From positions 1 to 52,441 of the forward strand of contig DAIDJN010000081.1 of the NCBI GenBank assembly GCA_027451365.1: a stretch of 52,441 nt of DNA, given 5' to 3'. This DNA comes from Phycisphaerales bacterium (GTDB lineage Bacteria; Planctomycetota; Phycisphaerae; WQYP01). Within the stretch, counting starts at the first letter, position 1. The number at the start of each line of letters is the position of its first letter. Made by a program: the position numbers and the translations under genes. Of the stretch, positions 37,472 through 48,200 are shown one piece after another. The notes beneath the pieces are model-generated. The model searched no databases. It had not been told where the DNA came from and saw only the letters and a list, made by a program, of their open reading frames with translations.

Positions 37472-39592
37472 TCAGCGAAGCAGATACAGCACTCCCAGTA
37501 TCACCACAGCCACACCCGTGACCATGCCGATTCCGTAATAACGCAACCGGCCGCTTTGCGTCGGTTTAATGGTGTAACCGGTCAGTTGCGGCGCAAAGCC
37601 GACCAAAAATACCAGCCCATCCACGGCAAAACGGTCGAAAATGGACAACACATGGCCGAGCAACCGCAGGGGCCGAACAAGTGTGTAGTCGTAAAGTTCG
37701 TCGAAATACCATTTGTTTTCCAGAAACCGCACCAGCCCCGGCATGGTCGCGGCCACACGCGGCGCTGCGGCCCGATTCGAGAGATGGAAATAAAATGCAA
37801 TCAGAATTCCACCGAGTGCCAGAGCCGCGTCCAGGCCCATCATCACGGTTGAATTAACGCGTACAGCGGCGCTGACCGGCTGCGGGGTACCATTGGCGGA
37901 AACCTGCTGATTCAGGTGAACGGGACTAAGGAAATTCGCAAACCAACCGCCCGCGTGTCCGTGGCCGCCAAAAACTCCCAGAAGGCCAACCAGGGTGGCA
38001 CCAAGTGCCAGCAGCACCAGCGGCCCCCACATGCGGATGGAACCATCCAGACTCACGGGAACGCCGTTGGCACCCGCATGCGAATGACCATGTGCATCGT
38101 GCGAGGCATCCATGCCGTGATGTGCATCCACCGGTTCGGCCGGCAAAGCAAATGGGGATGGTTCATGATGGCCCGCTGTTTCCGGAAGTATTTCCGGCCC
38201 CATGAAGGCGCGGAAAAATACGCGGAAAGTGTAGTAGGCGGTAATCAGAGCTGTCAGCATTCCAAAAATGGCCAGCGTGGGACCGAATCTCCAAGAGGAA
38301 TTCATGGCCGCATCCAGAATTTCACCCTTGCTGAAAAATCCGGCCCAGGGCGGCATACCGGCCAGTGCCAGACAGCCCATTAAAATGCAGACTGTGGTGA
38401 TAGGCATGCGCTTGCGAAGACCAGACATTTTTCGGAAATCCAATTCGCCGCCCATCGCGTGCATGACTGATCCGGCCGAAAGAAACAAAAGGGCTTTGAA
38501 AAATGCGTGCGTGAACACATGAAACACCGCGGCTGAACCAGCCGCGACACCCAGCGCCATGAACATGTAGCCCAGTTGTGATACGGTTGAATAGGCGAAA
38601 ATACGTTTGATGTCGTATTGACAGGTGGCGATGGTGGCCGCCATGAACGCGGTGAAGCATCCGACAATGCCGACCAGATGCAGGACAGGCACATCCAGCC
38701 GGAACAGCGGCATGCAACGGGCAATCAGGTAAATGCCGGCCGTGACCATGGTGGCGGCGTGAATAAGGGCGGAAACCGGTGTCGGACCCTCCATGGCATC
38801 GGGCAACCAGACGTGCAGCGGAAACTGCGCCGATTTGGCGAACGCGGCCAGCATCAGCAGCAGCGTGATCCAAAAAATAGCGGTATGGTGATGCATAATA
38901 AACACCGGATTGGCCAATCCGGCATACAAAACATCAGCGAACTGCAAGGAATGGAAATTCAGATAAATAATGAAGATGGCGACCGCAAAGCAGGCGTCGC
39001 CAATCCGATTGACGACAAATGCCTTAGTGGCGGCATCACGCGCCGCCGGCTTGGGATAGTAATACCCCACCAGCAGATAACTGGCCAAACCGACGCCTTC
39101 CCAACCCAGGTAAACCAGGAGGAAATTATTGGCCAGAACCAGTACGGTCATCGAGAACACGAAAAAGCTTAAATACGCGAAAAAGCGGTAATAGCCATAA
39201 TCGCCGGCCATATAACCGGAGGAATAAATGAAAATCAGAAGAGAAATGCCGGTTACAAACGCCAGGAACAGACTGGAAAGCGGGTCTACAAAAACACCGA
39301 TGGGGGCTTTAAAGCCGCCTGCGGTAATCCAAGTCCACAGGTTTGTCTGCAAATAACTTGAATCAGATCCGGCGAGCTTGCCGCTTTGCATTGCCATCAG
39401 CAGTGCGAAGGCCAGCACAAACGAAATACCGACGCCGATTATGGCCGGCGCGTGCGAACCGCCTTTTAACAGGCGCGATCCGAAGAAGGTAATGATGACA
39501 GCCGCCGCCAGAGGGAAAACCGGAATAAGCGATGCGGTTTGAAGCGCCGTCAGGTGCAATCCGCCAAGCAGGGCCAGGGTTTCTGAAAACAC
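37472..39592 (-). CDS. nuoL: NADH-quinone oxidoreductase subunit L
   Basis: GWEGVG, KSAQFPLHVWLPDAMEGPTPVSALIHAATMV, THAFFKA. Confidence 0.97.
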   Translation of the reverse strand: MFSETLALLGGLHLTALQTASLIPVFPLAAAVIITFFGSRLLKGGSHAPAIIGVGISFVLAFALLMAMQSGKLAGSDSSYLQTNLWTWITAGGFKAPIGVFVDPLSSLFLAFVTGISLLIFIYSSGYMAGDYGYYRFFAYLSFFVFSMTVLVLANNFLLVYLGWEGVGLASYLLVGYYYPKPAARDAATKAFVVNRIGDACFAVAIFIIYLNFHSLQFADVLYAGLANPVFIMHHHTAIFWITLLLMLAAFAKSAQFPLHVWLPDAMEGPTPVSALIHAATMVTAGIYLIARCMPLFRLDVPVLHLVGIVGCFTAFMAATIATCQYDIKRIFAYSTVSQLGYMFMALGVAAGSAAVFHVFTHAFFKALLFLSAGSVMHAMGGELDFRKMSGLRKRMPITTVCILMGCLALAGMPPWAGFFSKGEILDAAMNSSWRFGPTLAIFGMLTALITAYYTFRVFFRAFMGPEILPETAGHHEPSPFALPAEPVDAHHGMDASHDAHGHSHAGANGVPVSLDGSIRMWGPLVLLALGATLVGLLGVFGGHGHAGGWFANFLSPVHLNQQVSANGTPQPVSAAVRVNSTVMMGLDAALALGGILIAFYFHLSNRAAAPRVAATMPGLVRFLENKWYFDELYDYTLVRPLRLLGHVLSIFDRFAVDGLVFLVGFAPQLTGYTIKPTQSGRLRYYGIGMVTGVAVVILGVLYLLR

Positions 39593-39687
39593 AAAACTCT
39601 CCGGGCAATATGCCCAAAATCATAACTCAAAAGCCTGTAAGTCCAGCGGCCGAAAACCACGTCGGATGCCTGCCGCCGCAGGACGGC

Positions 39688-40047
39688 TCATCCCTGCATA
39701 TCTGACCAGGCATCCACATTAAGTGTCTGGCGTCGGCGGAACAACATGACGACCAGCCCCAGCGCCAATGAAGCCTCCGCCGCGGCGACCGTAAGTACAA
39801 AAATAACAAACGACTGACCGTCGGAATTCTGCCAGTAGCGGCTGAAAGCAATAAGGTTAATGGCAATTCCCTGAAACATGATTTCCGTGGAAAGGAAAAT
39901 CATGATCATGTTTCGCCGCACCATGAAGCCAACCAGCCCCAGCGCAAAAAGTGCTGCACCCAGCGCCAGATAATGGTAAAGCATCGGATTGCCAAAAGTT
40001 TGCATAACGTTTTCGCCGCTTAAAAAGTCATCTGCCTGTCCAATCAT
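39688..40047 (-). CDS. nuoK: NADH-quinone oxidoreductase subunit K
   Basis: RRN.I..F.S.E, VAAAEA.LAL; alternative start 40005. Confidence 0.95.
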   Translation of the reverse strand: MIGQADDFLSGENVMQTFGNPMLYHYLALGAALFALGLVGFMVRRNMIMIFLSTEIMFQGIAINLIAFSRYWQNSDGQSFVIFVLTVAAAEASLALGLVVMLFRRRQTLNVDAWSDMQG

Positions 40048-40787
40048 TCGGCAGGCAAGTCTCCCGTGCCCAGAATATGGGCGGTCGGTTCATTTTTACG
40101 GGCAATCATGACCGCACCCACAAGGGAAATGGTCAAAAGAATGCCTGCCAGTTCCAGTGGAAGTGCGTAGCGCGAATATAAATTCGCACCCAGAAGTTCC
40201 AGGCTGCCCATGCCATGCACCGCAGCTTGCCCGGCCGCGAGCGGATGCATAAATCCATTCGGTCCGGTATAAAACATCACCTGCAGCACGGTACCCAGCA
40301 GCACAAAACTGACCAGAATAGCCATGAATCCGTCTGCGCTATGGGTGTCATATTGCGCGGTGGCCGCCTCGCCGCCCTGGCTGGCCAGCATAATGACGAA
40401 CACATAGGTCACCAATATGGCACCGGCATAAATAATGATAAGTACCACCGCAATAAATTCCGCCATCAGCATGATGAACAGACCGGAAACCGCCAAAGTC
40501 ATGAGTACAAAATAAAGAGCGGCATACAATGGCCGCGGATGACACACCACGCCTGTGGCCGATGCCAATGCTAATACCGCAAATGCGTAAAAGAATATGT
40601 TTGCAACCACTGCTCCCTGGCCGGCATGTACGGTTGTGGACAAATGAATCACCCAGGTAATTGCCAATCCCAGCGCCAAAACGCCGGTCAGGGCACCGAG
40701 TTTGACCAAATTAGACCGGCCGCGCGGCAGCAGCAAGTACAATGCAATCGCCCCTAGGGCTGTCGCAACTATAAGCGCATAATCCAT
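40044..40787 (-). CDS. nuoJ: NADH-quinone oxidoreductase subunit J
   Basis: AEFIA...IIYAGAILV...FVIML, Y.LPLEL.GILL...VGAV. Confidence 0.92.
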   Translation of the reverse strand: MDYALIVATALGAIALYLLLPRGRSNLVKLGALTGVLALGLAITWVIHLSTTVHAGQGAVVANIFFYAFAVLALASATGVVCHPRPLYAALYFVLMTLAVSGLFIMLMAEFIAVVLIIIYAGAILVTYVFVIMLASQGGEAATAQYDTHSADGFMAILVSFVLLGTVLQVMFYTGPNGFMHPLAAGQAAVHGMGSLELLGANLYSRYALPLELAGILLTISLVGAVMIARKNEPTAHILGTGDLPAE

Positions 40788-41670
40788 AAACGACGCCTGT
40801 TCTCCAACGGGCCGGTGGTGCAAACTCTGTACCGGGCCAACGCGCCCCCCCTGCGGAACAACTTCCGCCGGGATGGCGCGGTCAAACGCGGTCGGCGGGA
40901 ATATGATCCCGGAAGACCGCAAACCCAGAATTATGGCGCTATGGGCAGGAATTGCAAGCCTTGCGCTTTGGAAGAAGCAATCGGCACGGAATAGGAACGG
41001 CCGAAAAGAGGTTGGCAATTTTTACGACAGCGGCCGTAAGACGCCCATCAAATCGAGAATTTTAAGTCAAAACATTCGCACAAACGGGCCAAAACGGTTG
41101 ATCCACATTTTTTTCAGGACAGTTGCGGATGAGACTCACCTGTAAAAATTAATGATTTTCTATGCGGATATGCGGCGGATGATTAAGACTGGCCGGGCGC
41201 GAATTCTTTATGCCAGTTGTGGCGTGTGCTGCACTTCCTTTCGTCCATAGTATTCGCGGAAGCCGGTCCCCGGCCCGCAATGACCAGCCGCCGAACGACC
41301 GCCGGACTTTGCTGGCCGATCGTGCCGCGGACCGCGTGGCAAATTATTTCCGGCGTATTCTGGTGCTGCCCCGCGATATTGGCCAATCTAAATCATCAAA
41401 AGACAGGGCGCTCGCATTCCGGGCAACTGCGGAGGCCGCAGGGTTCCTTTGCCTGTATGTCGGCGGCAACGGCGAAATTATCCATCCGGAGAAGTTGATC
41501 TCCCGCAAATTCGGGCCATGCTGATTTGGAACGCGCGGGCCTTTTTGAAGTATGGAATATCCGGCGGTATTAAAAAGAAATTCGGCCAACAAATTGCCTC
41601 GAAATAGGGCTACCTTATTCAGTGTCGCGGATTCGGTACCGGCGACGGGCAGCGATTCAATGAACAATGA

Positions 41671-41695
41671 TCAAAGGTCAAAGGTCAAAGGTCAA
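41671..41695. repeat. Heptamer tandem repeat (TCAAAGG)x3.5
   Basis: tcaaagg tcaaagg tcaaagg tcaa seen directly. Confidence 0.7.
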
Positions 41696-41844
41696 TAAAG
41701 GCCGACGGGAAGGCGGGCGGGTTACTGGCCGGTTTTGGCCGCCCGCTGACAGTGAACTTAGATTTGGAGCGTACAATACGCCCTGACGGGCGGCCAGCGA
41801 AAGTCATCAAGGGGGACCTGTTAATGAAAATGCTGAGGTCGTCC

Positions 41845-42465
41845 CTATTTCGCTGGTCGGCGGTGTCGCAAAATTCTCTTGTAAACAGGCTCGCCAAAGA
41901 TTTTCTCTTCGAGTTTCTTCCACTGAATATGATCTAGGCTTCCAGCGGGAGACAATCCCAAAAAGACAGCACGCTTTGCCAAGCCAGCGTAACTTAGCGT
42001 TGTTCGCGTATCGTGTTTAAGGTGGACAATAGATTCTGGGCAGCATTTGCCAGCCGTTATGCCTTCGGCCGCGAGAGCGTTGAGGAAATCCTGTTCTGGG
42101 AAAATGAGTTCTGCGGCAAATATCTCTGCGCCAATCTCGATGTGTTCGTTGATATTGCGATCGCTGCAGCACGCCACCGGAAGAGCGCGGTCAACAAGGT
42201 GGTGTTTGAGCTCGTGTGCCATTGTGAAGACCATTGGGTCTTCGGGCAGGCTTTTCACCAACATCACCGATGCGCCGAGGTGGTCGTTAAAATAAGCTCC
42301 GCGAACTTCACGAAGCCGGTGCGGCCACAGATCAATTTTAATCTCTTCATTACGATAGATCTTCCGTAGATGCGATCTGAGCACACGCGGAGAATCAAGG
42401 CCATATTTGTCGCGCGTTTCTCTCGCGAGTTTTTTCATTTCGTTGTAGTAGGCGAATCGGCTCAC
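41845..42465 (-). CDS. ImmA/IrrE (CapP-like) metallopeptidase
   Basis: FTMAHELKH (HExxH) and E..A..FAAELI.P; directly downstream of the XRE gene. Confidence 0.92.
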   Translation of the reverse strand: MSRFAYYNEMKKLARETRDKYGLDSPRVLRSHLRKIYRNEEIKIDLWPHRLREVRGAYFNDHLGASVMLVKSLPEDPMVFTMAHELKHHLVDRALPVACCSDRNINEHIEIGAEIFAAELIFPEQDFLNALAAEGITAGKCCPESIVHLKHDTRTTLSYAGLAKRAVFLGLSPAGSLDHIQWKKLEEKIFGEPVYKRILRHRRPAK

Positions 42466-42495
42466 GCTTGGCTCCTTTCTTGACGGGTTGATATT

Positions 42496-42879
42496 TCATT
42501 CCTGCGGTCTCGCTGTCCTTTTTTTGCCGGTTATGCGTCCCACCAGGCCGCGGGCCCTTCGGTATTCGGCATATTTCCGCAGCTCATCAATGTCGTCGTC
42601 CGGCAGATCTTTCGCGGCGCGAAGCAGGGCCGTCACTTTTGACTCCGCCGGCTCATCATCCTTTGGAAAAAATTCGAGGATGGACACGCCGAAAAACCGG
42701 CTTAATGAATCGAGGTCTTCAAGGCTGGGGCGGTATGTGCCGGTTTCCCAGCGTGAAACCGTGTTCCCAGTCATCTTGAGTGCCTTTGCAAGCTCCTCCT
42801 GCGAAATGCCGCTTCCGCCGTAGTTGTTCCGTAGTTGGCGGATCCGTTCGCCGACGTAACGAATAAGTTCCATTTGCAT
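42496..42879 (-). CDS. XRE-family HTH repressor
   Basis: VGERIRQLR...ISQEELAKAL..TGNTVSRWETG. Confidence 0.95.
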   Translation of the reverse strand: MQMELIRYVGERIRQLRNNYGGSGISQEELAKALKMTGNTVSRWETGTYRPSLEDLDSLSRFFGVSILEFFPKDDEPAESKVTALLRAAKDLPDDDIDELRKYAEYRRARGLVGRITGKKRTARPQE

Positions 42880-42923
42880 CCCCTTTCGGTATCCTAAATA
42901 AGGAGGAAGGTTTCCTGTTTATG

Positions 42924-42975
42924 TTGACAGGACTCCACCGCGATGATAATATCCTGTATCGGGATAGTTGCCCGA
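42924..42975 (+). promoter_or_regulatory. Strong sigma70 promoter with overlapping inverted repeats (candidate operators)
   Basis: TTGACA (42924-29), 17-bp spacer ending in TGn, TAATAT (42947-52). Inverted repeats TATCCTG-tat-CGGGATA and TCGGG-atagttg-CCCGA. Confidence 0.7.
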
Positions 42976-42993
42976 CACAAAAAGGAGAATACC

Positions 42994-43476
42994 GTGAGTG
43001 ATACGAAACACGCAAGCGACAAAACGGGTGACCATCACCAGGTGCGAGTCCACATTGACGAAAGGTGCCATGAGTCGCCCAATCCGACTACTGGCGAGGC
43101 ACTTTACGCGCTCGGCGCGGTGAAGCCGGGTTTCGAGCTCTTCAGGGAGGTCCGCGGCGACTGGGAAGATCCCGCCGTCGGTAACGGGCCGGGGATTGTT
43201 CATCTGAAAGAAGACGAACATTTTCACAGCGGTTCCCCCAGGGAAATCACCATAATCGTGAACACCCGCAAGAAAAAAGTAACCGAAACAATGTTGTCTT
43301 TTATCGAGGTGGTTGCTCTGGCGTATCAGCCTGTGCGTACGGACCCCAGAGTTCTTTACACGGTTTCGTACGGGCGCGGTCCCAAAGGGAACCCGGAAGG
43401 CGAACTCCTCGCGGGTCAAACGGTCAAACTGAAAGATGGGATGGTGTTTCTTGTCACAGAAACCGATAAGTCGTAG
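42994..43476 (+). CDS. Multi-ubiquitin-domain (tandem beta-grasp) protein, BubA-like
   Basis: AAGGAG + GTG start; two Ubl-like repeats (VRVHID...; ITIIVN...LSF.EVV.LA...YTVSY..G....G.L..GQ.VK.KDGM.F.V); ends TETDKS. Confidence 0.82.
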   Translation: MSDTKHASDKTGDHHQVRVHIDERCHESPNPTTGEALYALGAVKPGFELFREVRGDWEDPAVGNGPGIVHLKEDEHFHSGSPREITIIVNTRKKKVTETMLSFIEVVALAYQPVRTDPRVLYTVSYGRGPKGNPEGELLAGQTVKLKDGMVFLVTETDKS

Positions 43477-44638
43477 CGATGACTTGATGCGGCTTCGAGC
43501 CGCTGGCTACAACATTGGGATCAGGGCGGGATTCCTTCTCGTGAAGGAAGTACCCTATTTGAACTCAAAAAAGGAAGTAAAGCGGGGAACTCTTGTCGAC
43601 AAGCTCAAACTTGCCGGGGACGTAACGGAGCCTCCGGAAGATCACGTCGCGTACTTCATCGGCGAATACCCTTGCCATCAAGACGGCAAGCCAATCGAGC
43701 AGATCGGCAACAGCAGCCAAAATCGCGAGTTAGCTGACGGTGTAACGATCGATCATACGTTTTCCGCCAAGCCGCAGCCAGCGGGAAATTATGCGGATCA
43801 TCATGCAAAAGTTGAAACCTATTGCTCGATTCTCGGCGGTCCGGCGAGAACTGTCGAGCCATTGGCTACCGCTAGAACATATCCGCCGGTAACGCCCGAG
43901 GATGAGGATAAATCAATATTCAGTTACATCGACACAGCATCCAGCCGGGCGGAAATTGGCTTGATGACGCAGAAACTGGCTCTTGAAAGGGTTGCTATCG
44001 TTGGACTTGGCGGAACAGGCTCGTATGTGCTGGATTTGGTGGCAAAGACGCCGGTGCGGGAGATACACTTATTTGATAATGACGAACTGCTGACGCACAA
44101 CGCTTTCCGGGCGCCGGGTGCCCCATCCCTTGAGGAACTGCGGGCGAAACCACTAAAGGTGAATCACCTTGCGGCAATTTATTCCAAAATGCACCGTGGT
44201 ATTATATCGCACGCTTCCCACGTAGACGAAGAGAATATCGGGTTGCTGCGACAGATGAATTTTGTTTTCCTCTGTCTCGACGATGGTGCGGCCAAAAAAT
44301 ACGTCATCGGGAAATTGCATGAGTTTGGTCTTTCATTCGTGGATGTTGGAATGGGCATTTACCTGGGGGAGGAGTCACTTGGGGGCCAGTTACGGGTGAC
44401 CACGAGCACGCCAGGGAAGCGCGACCATATCGAAAGAAGGATTCCGCTTTCCGACGGCGGCGGGAAAAATGAGTATTCCACCAATATTCAGATAGCCGAC
44501 CTGAATGCGCTTAATGCTGCGTTGGCTGTCATCAAGTGGAAGAAGCTTTTCCACTTCTACGCAGATTATCAGAATGAGCACCACAGCACCTATGGCATTG
44601 AGCTTCAGTTGCTCACGAAAGAGGATGGGCCGGTATGA
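43451..44638 (+). CDS. E2-like N-terminal domain fused to a ThiF/E1 adenylation domain (BubCD-like)
   Basis: VAIVGLGGTGSYVLD.VAK, LFDND....HN.FR; ~170-aa N-terminal DUF6791-like domain; likely TTG start overlapping the Ubl gene. Confidence 0.85.
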   Translation: MSQKPISRSDDLMRLRAAGYNIGIRAGFLLVKEVPYLNSKKEVKRGTLVDKLKLAGDVTEPPEDHVAYFIGEYPCHQDGKPIEQIGNSSQNRELADGVTIDHTFSAKPQPAGNYADHHAKVETYCSILGGPARTVEPLATARTYPPVTPEDEDKSIFSYIDTASSRAEIGLMTQKLALERVAIVGLGGTGSYVLDLVAKTPVREIHLFDNDELLTHNAFRAPGAPSLEELRAKPLKVNHLAAIYSKMHRGIISHASHVDEENIGLLRQMNFVFLCLDDGAAKKYVIGKLHEFGLSFVDVGMGIYLGEESLGGQLRVTTSTPGKRDHIERRIPLSDGGGKNEYSTNIQIADLNALNAALAVIKWKKLFHFYADYQNEHHSTYGIELQLLTKEDGPV

Positions 44639-45087
44639 AACGGGTGAAAATGCTTAGACATAGGTTCGTCGACTCTGCGCCGGATGTTCTTGAAGATGGC
44701 GTAATCTATGTGTCCGTTGAGTACACGACGGCGATACACAAATGCTGTTGCGGTTGCGGAAAAGAGGTGGTTACGCCAATAACGCCCAACGACTGGAAGC
44801 TCATTTTTGATGGTAAAACCGTTTCGCTTCATCCGTCCATCGGCAGTTGGGGATTGCCCTGCCGCTCGCATTACTGGATCAGAAATAATAGGGTCCAATG
44901 GGCGGAGAATTGGTCAGTTGGCGCCGTCAATGCGCAGAGGCTGCTCGACGCTGAGCGCAAGTCAAATTACTTTAAGGTGCAGCCCCAAATATCCCGCACA
45001 CCGCCCATGGCCGATGCAGGCTCCAAGAAATCCAAATTGAAGACGACTTGGCGGCAAGCGATGAATGACCTGTTTCGGCGGAAATAG
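44635..45087 (+). CDS. DUF6527 protein (BubB-like putative peptidase)
   Basis: H.CCCGCG..V.TP.....W......VSL.PSIG.W...C.SHYWI; ATGA overlap with the E1 gene. Confidence 0.82.
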   Translation: MKRVKMLRHRFVDSAPDVLEDGVIYVSVEYTTAIHKCCCGCGKEVVTPITPNDWKLIFDGKTVSLHPSIGSWGLPCRSHYWIRNNRVQWAENWSVGAVNAQRLLDAERKSNYFKVQPQISRTPPMADAGSKKSKLKTTWRQAMNDLFRRK

Positions 45088-45242
45088 CTTGGTGGGATGG
45101 GCAACGGTCGATGGTCGCAATTGCGGATATGACCCTGGATCGAGCGCCTCGCTCGCCAGTCAATGGTGAATTGATTACCATATCGCTCATGCCTGCCGGG
45201 TTGATGGTACCTACGGGCTTCCGAATTGATCGCGGAGTTCAA

Positions 45243-48200
45243 ATGGCGAAAAAGATGCCTCAAAATGCGGCCTCGGCGTCGATGGCTGGGTTATTTAAAG
45301 CCTCCCCGATGGCGGGTTACCGTCGCCGCAAGAATCTCGTTATTCCCCGTCTGCTGGAGGAAATGGCCAAGGACAATCGCCTGCGCGGCGCGGAGCAGGA
45401 TCGGGCCTACCAGATTATGCAAAAATGGGCCGATCTGGAGGGGGCCGGGCGGCTGGCCCGTAAGGAGACTTCCATTGACGCGGAGTTCCTGAATGATGTG
45501 TTCGGGGCGGCGTTGGGTTACCGGCAGGCCAGTGCCGGAAAAACAGAATGGGAAATTGAACGGCAGTTCACAGTACCGAATGTTGGCGCTGCCGATGGCG
45601 CCCTGGGGAACTTCTCTGCTGGAACGCCCCAACAGGCGATTGTCGTGATAGAGCTTAAGGGTCCGGCGACTGATCTGGACACAGACCGGTCCAACGGTCG
45701 CACGGCGGTGCAGCAATGCTGGGATTACCTTAATGCATTGCCGAGCGCTAAATGGGGAATTGTTTCCAATTTCAGTGAAATACGCCTTTACAACAAAGCC
45801 GCGGGCACCCAAGCGTATGAGTCCTTCACACTCCAGCAACTGCGGGACGTAGAAGAGTTTCGTAAGTTCTGGTGTCTTCTGCATCGTGGTGGATTGCTCA
45901 GATCGTCCATGGGGCAGGCTCCTGGGGCGGAGCGTCTGGTAACCGCGTCGGAAAATCGCCAACGGGAGGTAGGCGATGAGTTGTATAACTATTATTCCGA
46001 CCAACGCGCCAGGCTCATAGAGCATCTACGGAAAGAGCATGGGCAAGCTTTGGATGATGCAATTCACATAGCTCAAAAGTTGTTTGACCGCATTGTGTTC
46101 GTTGCATTCTGTCAGGACCGCGGATTTCTTAATCGCGAGGCCATCCGCCGGTCATACGAGGAAATCCCGCCGTTTTACCGGGTCACAAATCCGGCTTGGC
46201 AAAATTTTCTCAATCTTTTTCATTTCGTGGATAAAGGTGCGCCGCGAACCGAGTTGGAGCATGGATTTAACGGGGGGCTTTTCGCGCATGATGCCAAGGT
46301 TGATAACCTGCAATTGGCGGATGACTGGGCCAGGGTTTTTTACGAAATAGGCAAATACGACTTCAAAGATGAAGTGAATGTGGATGTGCTGGGAAACCTG
46401 TTTGAACGGTCCATAACAGAATTAGAAAAAATGCGCGTCGCGGGGATATTTGCCGCCGAAACGACGCCCGGCCCATCACCCCAGATGCAGAAATCCGCGG
46501 AGCGCAAGCGATTCGGCATTTATTACACCCCGCCCGAATTCACTCGCTTTATGGTGCATTATGCGGTGGGGGAGTTAATCAACGAACGCTTCGCGAATCT
46601 TAAAACCGCCCATGAAATTAAATCCGGCGATGAAGATGCCCCGCCACCCAACCCGCGCGTGGTGGCGTATTACCGGCAATGCTTGACCACGCTGCGGAAC
46701 CTGAAGATTGTGGATCCGGCATGCGGATCGGGTGCGTTCCTGATTGCCGCGTATGACCTCCTGGAGGATTATTATTTCGCGGTGTTACGCAATCTGGCCG
46801 CGCATGGGGCGATAAAGGCCGAAGAGTGGTTCCCCCGTGTTCCCGATATGATATTGACGGAGAACCTTTACGGCGTCGATCTTTCTGAGCAGGCGGTTGA
46901 GATAACGCGACTGGCTTTGTGGATCAAGACCGTGCGTAATGACAAAACACTGGCGGATCTTTCGCGCAACATTAAATGGGGGAATTCGCTGGTGCATGAT
47001 CCGGTTGTGCAGGGGCAGGCGATGGAATGGCCGCTGCAGTTTCCCGAGGTATTCTCCGAGTCCCGATCGTTCGGATCGGGCTTTGACGTGGTGATCGGCA
47101 ATCCGCCATGGGAGCGGCTGAAGGTGCAGGAGCGGGAATTTTTTGCATTTTCAGCACCTGAGATTGCGGGGGCGGTGAGTGCCGCAAGCCGCCGCAAGCT
47201 TATTGAGCAGCTTTCAGGTAATAATCCGGAACTGTTTGAGCGGTACGAGATGACGCAGAAGGCGGCCGAGCGAATTTTGGAATACGCTCGACAATCGGGC
47301 CGTTATCCACTAACTGGGTGCGGTGATATTAACACTTATATGCTTTTCGCCGAGTTGGCCCGGTCACTGGTATCACCCTATGGCAGGGTGGGGCTGCTTG
47401 TGCCATCGGGCATTGCAACCGACAACACAACGAAGGACTTTTTCGCCGACTTAATTAACAATGAGTCGTTAATCAAGCTGTATGATTTCGAGAACAAGGA
47501 AGGTTTTTTTTCCGACGTTCACCGGGCGTTCAAGTTCTGCACGCTGATTTTTGGGGGCAGATCCGTCAAAACCGGGGAGGCTGATTTCGCATTTTTTCTC
47601 CACAACATGGGCGAACTCAAGGACAAAAATCGACATATTACGCTCTCTAAAAAAGATATTGCACTTTTTAATCCGAACACCCATACCTGTCCTATTTTCC
47701 GCACGAATCGGGATGCTGCAATTACCAAGGGCATTTACCGGCGCATACCAATTCTGATTGATAAGGCGCGGGCGGAAGGGGGGAATCCGTGGTCGCTTGG
47801 GTTCATGCGGATGTTCGACCAGACTAACGACGCCGAATTATTTGTTGAACCCGGCCAACTGAAAAAAGATGGTTTCAAGCTGGAGGGGAACATCTGGAAA
47901 AAGGGGAAACAAGTTTATCTGCCACTTTACGAGGCCAAAATGATTCAGGCGTATGACCATCGCGCGGCGGGAGTGGTGGTGGCCGCAAATAACTGGTTTC
48001 GGCAGGGACAGCCGGAGGCGAGTTCGTTGGTAGAGCATCAGAATCCGGAATTCTCCGCATTGCCCCGTTGGTGGGCCGAGAAAGGATTGATCGACAAAGC
48101 ATTGGAGGATTCCACATCCGCGGCTTTGCTCGCTTTTAAGAACGTTACAAGTCCGACTAACCAGCGCACGATGATTGCGGCGTTCGTCCCGTTGAGTGGC

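Noticed and set aside
41183..41667. Short ORFs between nuoJ and the defence island
   Set aside because: No recognisable motif or clear SD; several overlapping frames are equally weak
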